A stretch of DNA of 64,000 nt, taken from the NCBI GenBank assembly GCA_040755995.1, contig JBFMAF010000052.1, positions 51,202-115,201 on the forward strand, given 5' to 3'. The DNA is from Acidobacteriota bacterium (GTDB lineage: Bacteria; Acidobacteriota; CAIWXX01). The notes beneath the pieces were generated by a model, which was given only the letters and a program-made list of their open reading frames with translations, was not told the DNA's origin and made no database searches. Each line of letters begins with the position of its first letter. The first letter of the stretch is position 1. This document shows, one piece after another, positions 18,842 to 28,627 of this stretch. The position numbers and the translations under genes are program-made.

Positions 18842-20656
18842 ATGCTAGTGAGTCCACTGAGCAGCGACACGGACGACGAACGGCTATCCCTGATCTGGCC
18901 GGCGTTGATCGCGGCTCTGGCGCTGGGAATGAGGCTGGCATACCTCGCGGAGATCCGCACTCTGCCGCTTGTCGAGAACCTGCTGGGCGACAGCCGGACG
19001 TACCTCGCGTGGGCTCACGAAATCACCTGCGGGCAGGGAGGCGGAATCGCCCCGTTCTATCAGGCTCCGGGCTACCCATACTTCCTCGCGATTCTCCAGG
19101 GAGTCTTCGGCGGCGGTGCCGCGACGATTCGCGTCATCCAGTGCGTATTGGGATCGATGTCGTGCGTGCTGACAGTCGTCGCGGGCCGGTATTTCTTCTC
19201 GGCGCGAGCCGGAATCATTGCCGGCGCTCTGCTCGCCGTCTACCCTCCTGCTTGGTTCTACGATGGTCTCGTGCAGAAGGCATCGCTCAGCCATTTCCTC
19301 CTGAGCAGCGTCCTCGCCCTGCTGGCCTGGGATGCCGGCCGGCCTCGGAGCTGGAAGCCGCTCATCGCCGGATTCCTGATCGGGATCGAGTGTCTCGTCG
19401 TGGAGCTCACGATGGCGCTCGTGCCCGTCGTGTTTCTGTGGATCTGGTTGCGCCGGAGCGCCGAAGACGCGGTTTCCGCTGGCGGGAGACTTCGCCGAAG
19501 AGCTATCAGGATTGGCGGACTCCTCGCCGGCATCCTGCTGGCAGTTGGACCGGTCGCCATCAGGAATCTCGTCGTGACGGGGTTGGCAAGTCCGACGACG
19601 TACAACTTCGGAGTCACCTTCTACATCGGGAACAATCCGCTTGCGGATGGGACTTCAATACCGCTGGTTCCGGGTCGCGAGCTGGTTGATTCCGAGCGAA
19701 ACGACGCGCAACGCCTCGCGGAGGCTGCGTCCGGACGCGAGCTCTCGCCGCTCGATATCTCGGCCTACTGGTTCGGTCGATCTCTGGAGTTCATTCGGGC
19801 TCACCCGCTGCGCTGGTCCAAGCTGCTGGGTTACAAGTTGCTGCTTGTCTGCAACGCCTACGAGATCCCAGATGTGGATGGGATGGCTGTGTGCGCGAGG
19901 TGGTCGCGGCTGTTCAGATATGGACATCCAGTGTACCACTTCGGCGTGCTCCTGCCGCTCGCCGCAATCGGCGCCGTACTGACCTGGCCTCAGCGGCGCA
20001 GGTTCTGGATTCTTTACGGGTACCTGCTTGAGATGGCCGCGGCGATCGTGCTCTTCTACGTGCTCGGCCGCTATAGATACACGCTGGTGCCCGCGCTAGT
20101 GTTACTCGCAGGGGCTGGAGCCTCCCGGCTGTCCGAGGGTCGCGATCTGGTGGAGGCCGTGGGGTGGAAGCGATTTCTCGCAGCAGCAGCCGCGACCATC
20201 ATCCTGGCGGCCGTTGTCAACGTGCCTCCCTCGCTTGCGACGTCCTGTGATGCCGTCGCGCTCGGGAACCTGGGCGTTGCGTACCTTGGCCAAGGCGATC
20301 TCGCATCAGCTGCGCGGGTCACACATGAGGCCGTAGAAGGGGCGCCCGAGTGCGCATCCCTGCACTACAATCTCGGCACGATCTACTCATGGCAGCGGCG
20401 TTACGCGGAAGCGGCTCAGCAGTACCGGCTGACAATCGCCCTCCAGCCGGATTTCCCAGGAGTCCAGTACCGACTGGCTTTCGCCCTGGAGAAAGAAGGC
20501 CGGCCTCAGGAGGCTCAGGTGCATTACTGGAGAGCGCTCGAACGGGATCCGCGAGACATCTTTGCGCGAGACGCCCTGGAACGCCTCGGTTCAGAACTCG
20601 CCGGTGTAGGGGGGAGCGATTCGAGAGGAGGCCGGATTGGAGCGACCTCGCCATAA
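18842..20656 (+). CDS. ArnT/PMT-like (GT-C) membrane glycosyltransferase with C-terminal TPRs
   Basis: GDSRTY, FYQAPGYPYFLA, RYRYTLVP; many TM helices; TPR units LHYNLG...ALQPD. Confidence 0.85.
   Translation: MLVSPLSSDTDDERLSLIWPALIAALALGMRLAYLAEIRTLPLVENLLGDSRTYLAWAHEITCGQGGGIAPFYQAPGYPYFLAILQGVFGGGAATIRVIQCVLGSMSCVLTVVAGRYFFSARAGIIAGALLAVYPPAWFYDGLVQKASLSHFLLSSVLALLAWDAGRPRSWKPLIAGFLIGIECLVVELTMALVPVVFLWIWLRRSAEDAVSAGGRLRRRAIRIGGLLAGILLAVGPVAIRNLVVTGLASPTTYNFGVTFYIGNNPLADGTSIPLVPGRELVDSERNDAQRLAEAASGRELSPLDISAYWFGRSLEFIRAHPLRWSKLLGYKLLLVCNAYEIPDVDGMAVCARWSRLFRYGHPVYHFGVLLPLAAIGAVLTWPQRRRFWILYGYLLEMAAAIVLFYVLGRYRYTLVPALVLLAGAGASRLSEGRDLVEAVGWKRFLAAAAATIILAAVVNVPPSLATSCDAVALGNLGVAYLGQGDLASAARVTHEAVEGAPECASLHYNLGTIYSWQRRYAEAAQQYRLTIALQPDFPGVQYRLAFALEKEGRPQEAQVHYWRALERDPRDIFARDALERLGSELAGVGGSDSRGGRIGATSP
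20056..20160 (+). repeat. 105 bp direct repeat, copy 1 (inside the GT-C gene); copy 2 at 57706-57810
   Basis: Hand alignment gives 12 mismatches in 105 bp. Confidence 0.9.
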
Positions 20657-20726
20657 TCCACGAGCACCCCTGCGAGCGATGGCTGCATCGGAGCTGCGGA
20701 TAGCCTCAGGCGGGACGGGTCTCCTC
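20581..20726 (+). repeat. 146 bp direct repeat, copy 1; copy 2 at 31289-31434
   Basis: Hand alignment gives 4 mismatches; covers the GT-C 3' end and the wzt 3' end. Confidence 0.95.
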
Positions 20727-20727
20727 A

Positions 20728-20925
20728 GGCCAGAAGGAAACGTCCTTCGAACTCGTCAGTCTTGACGGTCGTGAGGCTGTCTTCGAGAATCCACGCCACG
20801 ATTTCCCACAGCGGATCGCATACACGCGAATCTCCGATTCGAGGTTGGACATCCGGATCGAGAAACTGGAGGGCGCGGTTTCAGAGGCTGTGGAGTTCCC
20901 GATGACGAAGGAGGCGTGCGAGTAG
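20728..20925 (+). pseudogene. 5'-truncated DUF6265-like gene
   Basis: GQKETSFELV...AVFENPRHDFPQRIAY...CE*; begins exactly at the repeat junction. Confidence 0.65.
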
Positions 20926-20984
20926 CACCAGGTGACCGAATGGCAAGGCACACTTCGCAGAGACAGCCACCGTCCCGCCAGGCG

Positions 20985-22466
20985 TCAAGGACTGCTTGAC
21001 AGCAGCTTCAGGCTGATGGTCTTCGTGCTGGCGGTGATGTTGTTTTCGAGAATGGGGTCGTCATTCTTGTTGTCAGGGTCGATGACTGCGATGAGATGAT
21101 AGACCCCGGGCTGGACGGTCGAGGGTACGGGGATGCTCGCGATCAGCTTGCCCTTCTTGTTCGCGGATATTGGCTCGATCGCCACGGCACCCAGTGTCAG
21201 ATCACTGACTGAGAAGGTCGTGTCCTTGGAGAGATAGAACATGACATCGGTCGGCTCCGTACTGTCATCGCCGTCGTTCAGAACATGGACCGTTGCCCGG
21301 ATGGTACCACCGGGGACGGCCTGAATCGTGCCGACGTTCAGGGCAACTGCCCGCAGGTCGTTTATCTCCTTGAACTTCGCGCCCATGATCATGTTCAGGA
21401 GCTTCCCTGATTCTTCAAGAGTGACTTCGTATCCGCTCAGTGTATCGGGTACAACGACGTGAACAAGATCAAGGTCCGGGATGACCAGAATGGCGTGTCC
21501 CCTGTACCCGGATGCCGCATAACCAGCATGGCCCCGAAGGTGTTCGAACTGAGCGAGCGGCCGGAATTTGCGCGAGAATGTCTTCCACATGTACCCGAAT
21601 CCGTACCCGGCAAGTTCTGGAACGCCCATGGAGGCGTTTGACCAGGTCTTGGTGCTCTCCTTTACCCACTTCTCTGAGACGATCTGCTCGCCGCGCCAGT
21701 TGCCCTTGTTGAGGAACAACAAGCCGAATCGAGCCCGGTCCCGTGCTGACATCCAGAACGTGTACGCTGGGTGTATGGACTTGTCGAGTTCGTATTCGTA
21801 GCTGCAGAGCTTGACATCGAAGTCCTGCATCCCGATTCGGTCGGCGATCCGTGCCTTGAACTCCTGGTAGATGTCCTTTCCTGTCTCCTGCCGGAAGATC
21901 GTGCCCAGCGCGTTGAAATCCCAGTTGTTGTAGTAGAAGAACTCGTCGGGGCCGTGAGAGCCGCGAGGGGGCCGGAGCGCTTCCATCTCGGGCGTTTCGG
22001 CGGCAGCTTCGTGGTAGACCCCCGACCGGGACTTGATCAAGTGAACGACCTTGGCCTGTTTCTCGGCCTCCGTCAGAGACGGCGGTATGTCATCGATCCC
22101 CAGTTCCTCGATCGTCTTGTCCATATCGATACTCCCCTCATCCACATGAATGCCGATGAGGGCGCTGAGGAAGCTCTTGCGAACCGAGTGACAGTAGTAG
22201 TTGCGTTTGCTCTTCCCCCACTCGAGCAGCAGCCTCCCCTTGTAGATGGTCACCGATGACGCATAGGCCGGCTGAAGCTGATCGAAGTATGCCTTCGCTT
22301 CGGCGATCTCTCCCGAATCGAACCCCGCCTCCTCGGGGCTGCCAAACCGGGGCCATCCTGCCTTGCCTCTGGCGGCGGAGGTCTCATCGGCCCAGATAGC
22401 GCACTGGCATGAGACAGCCAGGACGATGACAGGGATCGGTATTCCGTGAACAGGAGAATTCCTCAT
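20985..22466 (-). CDS. Secreted serine hydrolase (class C beta-lactamase family) with C-terminal CARDB/Ig-like domain
   Basis: SVRK (SxxK), FYYNNWDFNALG (YxN), MSARDRARFG; C-terminal V.N.G...FYLS.D...PG.Y.L.AVIDPDN. Confidence 0.88.
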   Translation of the reverse strand: MRNSPVHGIPIPVIVLAVSCQCAIWADETSAARGKAGWPRFGSPEEAGFDSGEIAEAKAYFDQLQPAYASSVTIYKGRLLLEWGKSKRNYYCHSVRKSFLSALIGIHVDEGSIDMDKTIEELGIDDIPPSLTEAEKQAKVVHLIKSRSGVYHEAAAETPEMEALRPPRGSHGPDEFFYYNNWDFNALGTIFRQETGKDIYQEFKARIADRIGMQDFDVKLCSYEYELDKSIHPAYTFWMSARDRARFGLLFLNKGNWRGEQIVSEKWVKESTKTWSNASMGVPELAGYGFGYMWKTFSRKFRPLAQFEHLRGHAGYAASGYRGHAILVIPDLDLVHVVVPDTLSGYEVTLEESGKLLNMIMGAKFKEINDLRAVALNVGTIQAVPGGTIRATVHVLNDGDDSTEPTDVMFYLSKDTTFSVSDLTLGAVAIEPISANKKGKLIASIPVPSTVQPGVYHLIAVIDPDNKNDDPILENNITASTKTISLKLLSSSP

Positions 22467-22588
22467 GATTCATTCCTTTCGGGCGACAGAACGCGTCCGT
22501 ACGAATCGAATACGCTCATTCTGCTAAGATGTTCCGGACATCCCCGGAGTGCCCTGCACGATAGCGCTAGTCCATCGGGCTCGAGCCG

Positions 22589-22726
22589 TCAGTGGCCGGT
22601 TCTCGGGTAGAATCTGGATGTCCCGTTGTGGTGCAGCACCTTGATCCCCTCCGCCTCCTCCCCCTCCCGCACCATCTCGACTCTGTAGTCATTGTCATCC
22701 GCCATCAGGAAGCAAGTCGTGGACAT
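22589..22726 (-). pseudogene. Possible internally deleted response-regulator receiver remnant
   Basis: FLMADDN joined directly to DYRVEMVREGEEA. Confidence 0.25.
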
Positions 22727-22785
22727 GGTCGAAGCCCGGAGCCTCGGCCTCGGGTAGCGGCCCACACCACGGGGATGACCGCCTC

Positions 22786-25470
22786 TCACTCATGCCTCAG
22801 CGCATCGACCGGGTTGGCCCGGGCCGCCTTGATCGAATGGAGTCCCACGCTCCCTACGGCCAGGATCGCGCCGGCCAGGCCGGCCGCGACAAACACCCAG
22901 AGCTGGGGCGAGATCCGGTACGGGAACTCCTCGAGCCACGCGCTCACGTAGATGTGAGCCACCGGCCACGCCAGGAAATTGGCGATGGCGATCAACACGA
23001 GATACTCTCCCGTCAGAAGCCAGGTGATCCGGAGCGCTGTGGCCCCCAGCGCCCTTCGCACGCCAATCTCCCTGGTCCGTTGCTGCATGGTGAAGCTGGC
23101 CAGCCCGAAGAGGCCAAGACACGCCATGAGGACAGCCAGGATTCCTAGCGAGGAGAGGCCCCTTGCCGTGTCGCGCTCCGTGCGGTACATCCGCTGGAAG
23201 TCCTCGTTGACGAAGTGGTAGCTGTACGCCTCATCGGGGAAGCTCTTGCGGAAGGCCTTCTGGATGAACGCGACTGTCGATGGGATCTGCTCGGGCGAGA
23301 TCTTGATGGAGATGTTACTCCCGGTCGTATTTTCGGGGAGCAGGAACATCACCAGGGGTGTGATGGCGAAGTGGAGGGATCGAAGGTGGAAGTCTTTGAC
23401 AACACCAACCACCCGGATTTCGCGGTTGCTTTCCGACCGGTAGTCCCCTCCATAGTACAGCCTCTTGCCTATGGGCTCGTCCCAGCCCATTGCCTTGGCG
23501 GCCGTCTCGTTGACAATCGCGGCCGACACCGCTTCGGCACGAGATACCTCTTGGAAGCCCCGACCTCTGACCAGCTTCATCTGGTAGGTCGACATGAAGT
23601 CCTCGTCGACGTAGTTGTTGTTGATTGAAATCTCGGTGCCGGGCGCCGCCCCTTCCCAGCTCGTGCCGGTCCAGTTGATCGAATCGTAGGGGAGGTAGTC
23701 GGAGCTGCACACGTTGAGGATATGAGGGTTCTTCATGAGCTCCGCACGGAAGACCTCAGTCTGTACCGCATTGATTTGGTTCAACGGAATGGTGATGACT
23801 TGGTCGCTGCGAAACCCCAAGTCCTTCGAGGTGAGGTAGCTGACCTGCTGTAGAACGACGACCGTGGCGATGATCATCGAGATGGAGATGAAGAACTGGA
23901 TGACGACCAGGGATTTCCGGAGGATCGGATTCCTGTAGCCGGAGGACATCGTTCCTTTGAGCACACGAATGGGGTGAAACGAAGACAGGACAAGAGCAGG
24001 ATAGAGACCCGAGAGCACGGCGACCACCATGGCCAGCAGGGCAATACCGGCGAGCCAGATCGGCTCGTCGAGGAAAGGAATGCGCAGATTCTGCCCCAGC
24101 AGAGCCGGAAATAGCGGTCGCATGACCAACATCAGGACCAGAGCCAGCCCGGAGGCGACAAACGTCGTCAGGATCGATTCGCAGAGGAACTGCGTTACCA
24201 GGGCTGTTCTCTGAGCACCCGACACCTTCCTCAGCCCGACTTCCTTGGCGCGGTGCGCCGAGCGCGCCGTAGACAGGTTGACGGAGTTGATGACGGCGAT
24301 CAGGAGCACGAACAGAGCGACGATCGAGAAGAGTCGGACTCTCTTGATGCTCCCGATCACCCCGATCTCCTCCGTCACGTCGGCGCAGAGATGAATCTGG
24401 GTCAGAGGGCGGAGGTACAGCTCGTTTCTGCTCTGTCCCCCCTGCAGTCTCTTCAGTCCCGATCTGAGCTTGGCATCCAAAGCCGAGACGGACTCTCCCG
24501 GCCTCAGGAGAATGTAGAACTGCGTGAAGTTGCTCGTCGTATCGGTGAAGACCTCTGGGCCGAAGAAGTCTTCCAGTGTGGACTCAGAGAGGATCATCTC
24601 GAAACTCAGATGAGAATCAGCGGGGACCTCTTCGAGGATCCCCGTGACCTGGACGTCCAGTGTCTGGTCCCCTTCACGGAGTTGGGGATTGGAGGCGCGC
24701 AGGACCTTCCCGAGGGGCTCGGTGTCCCCGAAGAACCGCTTCGCCAGGCCCTCTGTCAGCACAACCGAATTGGGGGCCCGTAGAGCCGTCCTCGGGTCTC
24801 CTTTCTTCAGGCGGAAGGAAAAGACGCGAAACAACCCTTCGTCTGAGATCAAGGTCCTTTCCACTTGGAGCTTGCGACCGTCAGCCGTCCTCAACAGGAA
24901 CGGGAAAACCCCGCAGAACCGCGTGACATCTTCGATCTCGGGAAAGTCGAGGATCGAGATGACCGTGGCAGGCAGACTGGCCGTCGCCTTACGGCTGTTT
25001 CCATCGTCCACTATCTGTTCGATCCTGACAATGCGATCAGACTTCTCATGAAACCGGTCGAAGCTCAGTTCCAATCTCACATAGAGCCCGATCACGAGAA
25101 ACACGGTCAGGCCCGCGGCCAGCCCGAATACGTTGATGAGAGTGTACCCCAGGTGGCGCCGCATGTTTCGCAGGCCGACCTTGGCGTAGTTCCAGCCCAG
25201 GGCGGGCACGAAGCGCGGCGGCTGCCATGGCGGCCGCCCCGAACGCCGGGTGGTGCACGCCTTGTAGAACTCCGTGCCGATGTCGGCGGTTCCGCCGAGA
25301 CGCGCGGCCACCTGGTTGAATGCCTCCTCCTCGGTCATGCCCTGTCCCACCAGCTCCTCGATGCCGTCGCGCAGGTGCCCCTCGAGCTCGGCAATGTACC
25401 CTTCCTCTATGGACTGGCTTCTGGCCAGTCCGCCCTTCCAGGCCCTGATGGCTCTCTCCAGGTCGAACAT
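22786..25470 (-). CDS. MacB/FtsX-type ABC permease (duplicated) with N-terminal permease-prefix domain
   Basis: ELEGHLRD...EEAF..A.RLG prefix; RAKEVGLRKVSGA, RTREIGVRRALGA, ANPVDALRHE. Confidence 0.92.
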   Translation of the reverse strand: MFDLERAIRAWKGGLARSQSIEEGYIAELEGHLRDGIEELVGQGMTEEEAFNQVAARLGGTADIGTEFYKACTTRRSGRPPWQPPRFVPALGWNYAKVGLRNMRRHLGYTLINVFGLAAGLTVFLVIGLYVRLELSFDRFHEKSDRIVRIEQIVDDGNSRKATASLPATVISILDFPEIEDVTRFCGVFPFLLRTADGRKLQVERTLISDEGLFRVFSFRLKKGDPRTALRAPNSVVLTEGLAKRFFGDTEPLGKVLRASNPQLREGDQTLDVQVTGILEEVPADSHLSFEMILSESTLEDFFGPEVFTDTTSNFTQFYILLRPGESVSALDAKLRSGLKRLQGGQSRNELYLRPLTQIHLCADVTEEIGVIGSIKRVRLFSIVALFVLLIAVINSVNLSTARSAHRAKEVGLRKVSGAQRTALVTQFLCESILTTFVASGLALVLMLVMRPLFPALLGQNLRIPFLDEPIWLAGIALLAMVVAVLSGLYPALVLSSFHPIRVLKGTMSSGYRNPILRKSLVVIQFFISISMIIATVVVLQQVSYLTSKDLGFRSDQVITIPLNQINAVQTEVFRAELMKNPHILNVCSSDYLPYDSINWTGTSWEGAAPGTEISINNNYVDEDFMSTYQMKLVRGRGFQEVSRAEAVSAAIVNETAAKAMGWDEPIGKRLYYGGDYRSESNREIRVVGVVKDFHLRSLHFAITPLVMFLLPENTTGSNISIKISPEQIPSTVAFIQKAFRKSFPDEAYSYHFVNEDFQRMYRTERDTARGLSSLGILAVLMACLGLFGLASFTMQQRTREIGVRRALGATALRITWLLTGEYLVLIAIANFLAWPVAHIYVSAWLEEFPYRISPQLWVFVAAGLAGAILAVGSVGLHSIKAARANPVDALRHE

Positions 25471-25485
25471 GCCCGATCGCCCCAC

Positions 25486-25824
25486 TCACTCTCGCTCGGC
25501 AGCCGGCCGCCAGAGCCGCATCAGGGCCTTGTGCACACAGAGCCACTGGCTCTTCTCGGTTTCCAGATCCTGACGGCCGAGTTCCGTCAGCAGGTAGTAC
25601 TTCCGCATGCGGTTCTTCTCAGTGAGCCTCCACTCCGACTTGATGAGCCCATCCCTCTCCAAACGATGGAGGACGGGATAGAGCATCGCTTCGGACCAGT
25701 CGATCGCGTTTCCAGAGACCTTCTGAACTCTCTTCAAGATCTGGTAGCCGTAGTTCTCGCCCGAGAGCAGGAGCGAGAGGATGATTGGTTTGGCCGAAGC
25801 CGCCACGAGAGCCCTGGTGATCAT
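25486..25824 (-). CDS. PadR-family transcriptional regulator
   Basis: ENYGYQI, LYPVLHRLE, RKYYLLTELG. Confidence 0.92.
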   Translation of the reverse strand: MITRALVAASAKPIILSLLLSGENYGYQILKRVQKVSGNAIDWSEAMLYPVLHRLERDGLIKSEWRLTEKNRMRKYYLLTELGRQDLETEKSQWLCVHKALMRLWRPAAERE

Positions 25825-25844
25825 CTATGCCTTCGAATCATCAG

Positions 25845-25863
25845 TACCTAACATCCTTAGGTA
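25845..25863. promoter_or_regulatory. Probable PadR operator
   Basis: Perfect inverted repeat TACCTAA-CATCC-TTAGGTA 21 bp upstream of padR. Confidence 0.65.
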
Positions 25864-25943
25864 TGCAATCTGGATGCCAGGACCTACTCAGCCTCTTCAC
25901 GGGCTCATGCAGCCCGTTTCATGGAGGCGCTGTTCGCAAGCGG

Positions 25944-26153
25944 TCAAGACCTGTCCGCAATTGTACAGAGACGGAATCGACGAGGCCGGGAGCGCCTGGA
26001 TTCCGGCAGGCAACGACCGTCCGCGAGCTCGGCTGTTTCCAGACGGCCGTGTGGTTCGACGCATCCTGCCACCACATCGACCTGCTGTGCCACGAGGCGC
26101 CGGGCAGAGTCCAGCATCGCATGTGTCTTGCCCACCGACGGCGCGTAGCCGAA
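25944..26153 (-). pseudogene. kdpD: Fragment of the KdpD N-terminal domain
   Basis: FGYAPSVGKTHAMLDSARRL...DVVAGCVEPHGRLET; no rest of gene. Confidence 0.7.
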
Positions 26154-26238
26154 GTCGCCTCAGGCCGCGCCTCGATCAGGTGCGACAGCCGAGGGTCTGT
26201 CGTTCGAGATGAGAGCCCGGTAGATCTAGCGGGCGTCC

Positions 26239-26331
26239 GTTGTCGATCCCGACAACAAGAACGAGGATCCCATTCTCGAGAGCAACATCGCCGCCAGCGT
26301 GGAGACCCTCACGGTATTGCCCCTCGACTGA
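26239..26331 (+). pseudogene. 3' fragment paralogous to the CARDB tail of 20985-22466
   Basis: VVDPDNKNEDPILESNIAASVETLTV versus VIDPDNKNDDPILENNITASTKTISL. Confidence 0.75.
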
Positions 26332-26447
26332 CGGAGCTGCCCCTGTTCCCGGACCTTCGACGGGCACGGACACTCTCGGTCAGCTGTGTGCCAAGGAGAG
26401 GACCGTCATCGACTCGCTCCAATCCGCGAATCTGTTGTGTTCTGCCC

Positions 26448-26500
26448 TTGACAACATCACCTCCCCGTCTTATCTTAGTAGAGTTGCTACGGTGTAGTAG
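26448..26500 (+). promoter_or_regulatory. blaI promoter and operator-like palindrome
   Basis: TTGACA-17 bp-TATCTT, followed by CTAC-GGTGTA-GTAG. Confidence 0.6.
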
Positions 26501-26515
26501 ACAGGGAAAGGGAAG

Positions 26516-26929
26516 ATGAGCGAAGGGAAGACCAAGAGTCGACTGCCCGAGTTGTCGCGGGCCGAGTTCGACATCCTGCGGGCGATGTGGAAGCGCGGCC
26601 AACAGACGGTCCGGGAGGTCCACGAGCAGTTGCGCACGTCGCATGGCTGGGCCTACACGACCACCAAGACGATGATGGACCGCATGGTCGCCAAGAAGCT
26701 GCTGGAGCGGGTCGAGTCCCACGGCATCTTCCTCTACCGGCCGCTGATCTCCCGCCCAGCTGGCATGGCGCGATGGATCCAGTTCCTTGCCGACCGTGTG
26801 TTGGAGACCGACACGGATGCGGTCGTGTCGCTCTTCGCAGCCAGCAAGGCCGTGACCGCCGACGAGGTTGACGAACTGGAACGCCACCTCGCCGGGCTCA
26901 AGGAAGACGAGCATGACCGCCGTCGTTGA
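26516..26929 (+). CDS. blaI: BlaI/MecI/CopY-family repressor
   Basis: LSRAEFDILRAMW, TVREVHE, WAYTTTKTMMDRMVAK. Confidence 0.9.
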   Translation: MSEGKTKSRLPELSRAEFDILRAMWKRGQQTVREVHEQLRTSHGWAYTTTKTMMDRMVAKKLLERVESHGIFLYRPLISRPAGMARWIQFLADRVLETDTDAVVSLFAASKAVTADEVDELERHLAGLKEDEHDRRR

Positions 26930-28421
26930 CCTGATCCCCGCAGCCTGGAGAGAGGTCATGCTCGGTCACCTGATCGCCAGCACGGTCTACTCGGCCGTCG
27001 TCGCCGCCGTTGTCTGGTCGTCTCTGATGTTGTTCCGACGCGCCTCACCCCGCGCCCATCTGTTCCTGTGGGCGTTGGTCATGATCCGTCTGCTGCTCCC
27101 GGCCGGCCTCGCGCACCCCTTCTCCGTTCGCGCGGCGTGCGACAGCATGTTGGCGTTCGTCGCCACTTCGACCTCGATGAATACCGCCGTGCTCGAGCCC
27201 GATCTCGCATTGGTTGCCGGTGCCGCGAACCGGTCCGACATCCGCACGCCGATGGCGTCCCGAGCGCTGGAGAGTCTGCTGATAGCGGGATGGTTTCTGG
27301 GCAGTCTGTTCTTTTCCGGCCTGTATCTGATCCGCCTCCGAAGCTGTCAGCGGCTCGCCCGCCGTGCGCAGGCTGTCACGGACCCGGACGTCCTGGATCT
27401 CGTGCGGCGTTGGTGCGATCGATTCGGCATACGCCGGACGGTGAGGCTGGTGGCCGCCAAGGGCGCCTCGCCCTTCACGATCGGCGTCCGGCATCCGCTG
27501 ATCGTCGTGCCGCAGTGGCTGCTCGAGCCTGGGCGCGAGAGGACGCTCGAGCCGGTCATCGCCCACGAGATGGCTCACATTCGGCGCGGCGACGCCGTCT
27601 GGCTCGTCCTGCAGAACCTGTTGCAGGCTGCCTACTTCTTTCACCCGGCGGTCTGGATCGCCTCCCGCCATATCGGTGCGGCCCGCGAGAGCGTCTGTGA
27701 CGACATGGTGCTGTCCTGGCGCACCATCTCGTCCGCGCAATACGGCCGCGGGCTGCTGACGGTGCTGCGCGACCGGACAGGCGAGATGAATGGGGTTGTC
27801 ACTGGTATGAGTCTCTCGACGCGGCAGTGGAAAGCACGTCTCGACAACCTGAAAGGAGAACACGCCATGAAGAAGAATGCTGTCCTGGCTCCCCTCATCA
27901 GCGCTGCGGTGTTGGCGTTCCTGCTGTTGCCCATGGGCGCGCACACGGAGACTGCCGGTACCCCCGCCCCAGCCAGCCCGTCGCCTCCGGCAGCAACTGC
28001 CATCGATCCGGCCGCCACCCCGACGACACCTTCCTTCGTCGATCCTCTTCCCGGCGCCCGGCTGACATCCGGCTTCGGCTGGCGCATCGACCCCACGACG
28101 CGGAAGAAGGATTTCCATGCCGGCATCGACCTGGGCGCCCCTGCGGGGAGTGAGGTGCTGGCTGCAAGGGCCGGGACCGTCCTGAGGGTCAAGCTCAACA
28201 AGTCGGCCCCACGGGGGATGGTCGTGGTCATCGACCATGGGGGTGGATATGAGACCTTCTATGCGTATCTGCAGGAAGTGTCGGTAACCGAGAATCAGGC
28301 GGTGAAGCCTGGAGATGCGATCGCCAAAATAGGTGCCGTTGGTCGTTCGACAGGACCCCACCTGCACTTCCAGGTGATGCGGGACGGGCAGCCGATCGAC
28401 CCCCTGCCGCTGGTGCGCTAG
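26913..28421 (+). CDS. BlaR1-type M56 peptidase fused to a C-terminal M23 peptidase; internal RBS-ATG at 27867
   Basis: IAHEMAHIRRGD, FFHPAVW, RESVCDD; HAGIDL and STGPHLHF. Confidence 0.9.
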   Translation: MTAVVDLIPAAWREVMLGHLIASTVYSAVVAAVVWSSLMLFRRASPRAHLFLWALVMIRLLLPAGLAHPFSVRAACDSMLAFVATSTSMNTAVLEPDLALVAGAANRSDIRTPMASRALESLLIAGWFLGSLFFSGLYLIRLRSCQRLARRAQAVTDPDVLDLVRRWCDRFGIRRTVRLVAAKGASPFTIGVRHPLIVVPQWLLEPGRERTLEPVIAHEMAHIRRGDAVWLVLQNLLQAAYFFHPAVWIASRHIGAARESVCDDMVLSWRTISSAQYGRGLLTVLRDRTGEMNGVVTGMSLSTRQWKARLDNLKGEHAMKKNAVLAPLISAAVLAFLLLPMGAHTETAGTPAPASPSPPAATAIDPAATPTTPSFVDPLPGARLTSGFGWRIDPTTRKKDFHAGIDLGAPAGSEVLAARAGTVLRVKLNKSAPRGMVVVIDHGGGYETFYAYLQEVSVTENQAVKPGDAIAKIGAVGRSTGPHLHFQVMRDGQPIDPLPLVR

Positions 28422-28627
28422 CGGCACGGATCGTCGCTGCTGCTCGGCGTCAGCACGAGGTGCGAGCAATGAGAGAGCCTCATCAACGGCTGGCCGCGTG
28501 AACGGCGACAAATGGGCGGCAACCGCAGCAGGCCTCTTTGAAAGAGCGCGGCGGCGAGGACCCGGCGTGTGCAGCGGGCTGCGGTGTGCGAGCGGGATTG
28601 ACGCTTGGGAGAGGGGGAGGTGTAGAC

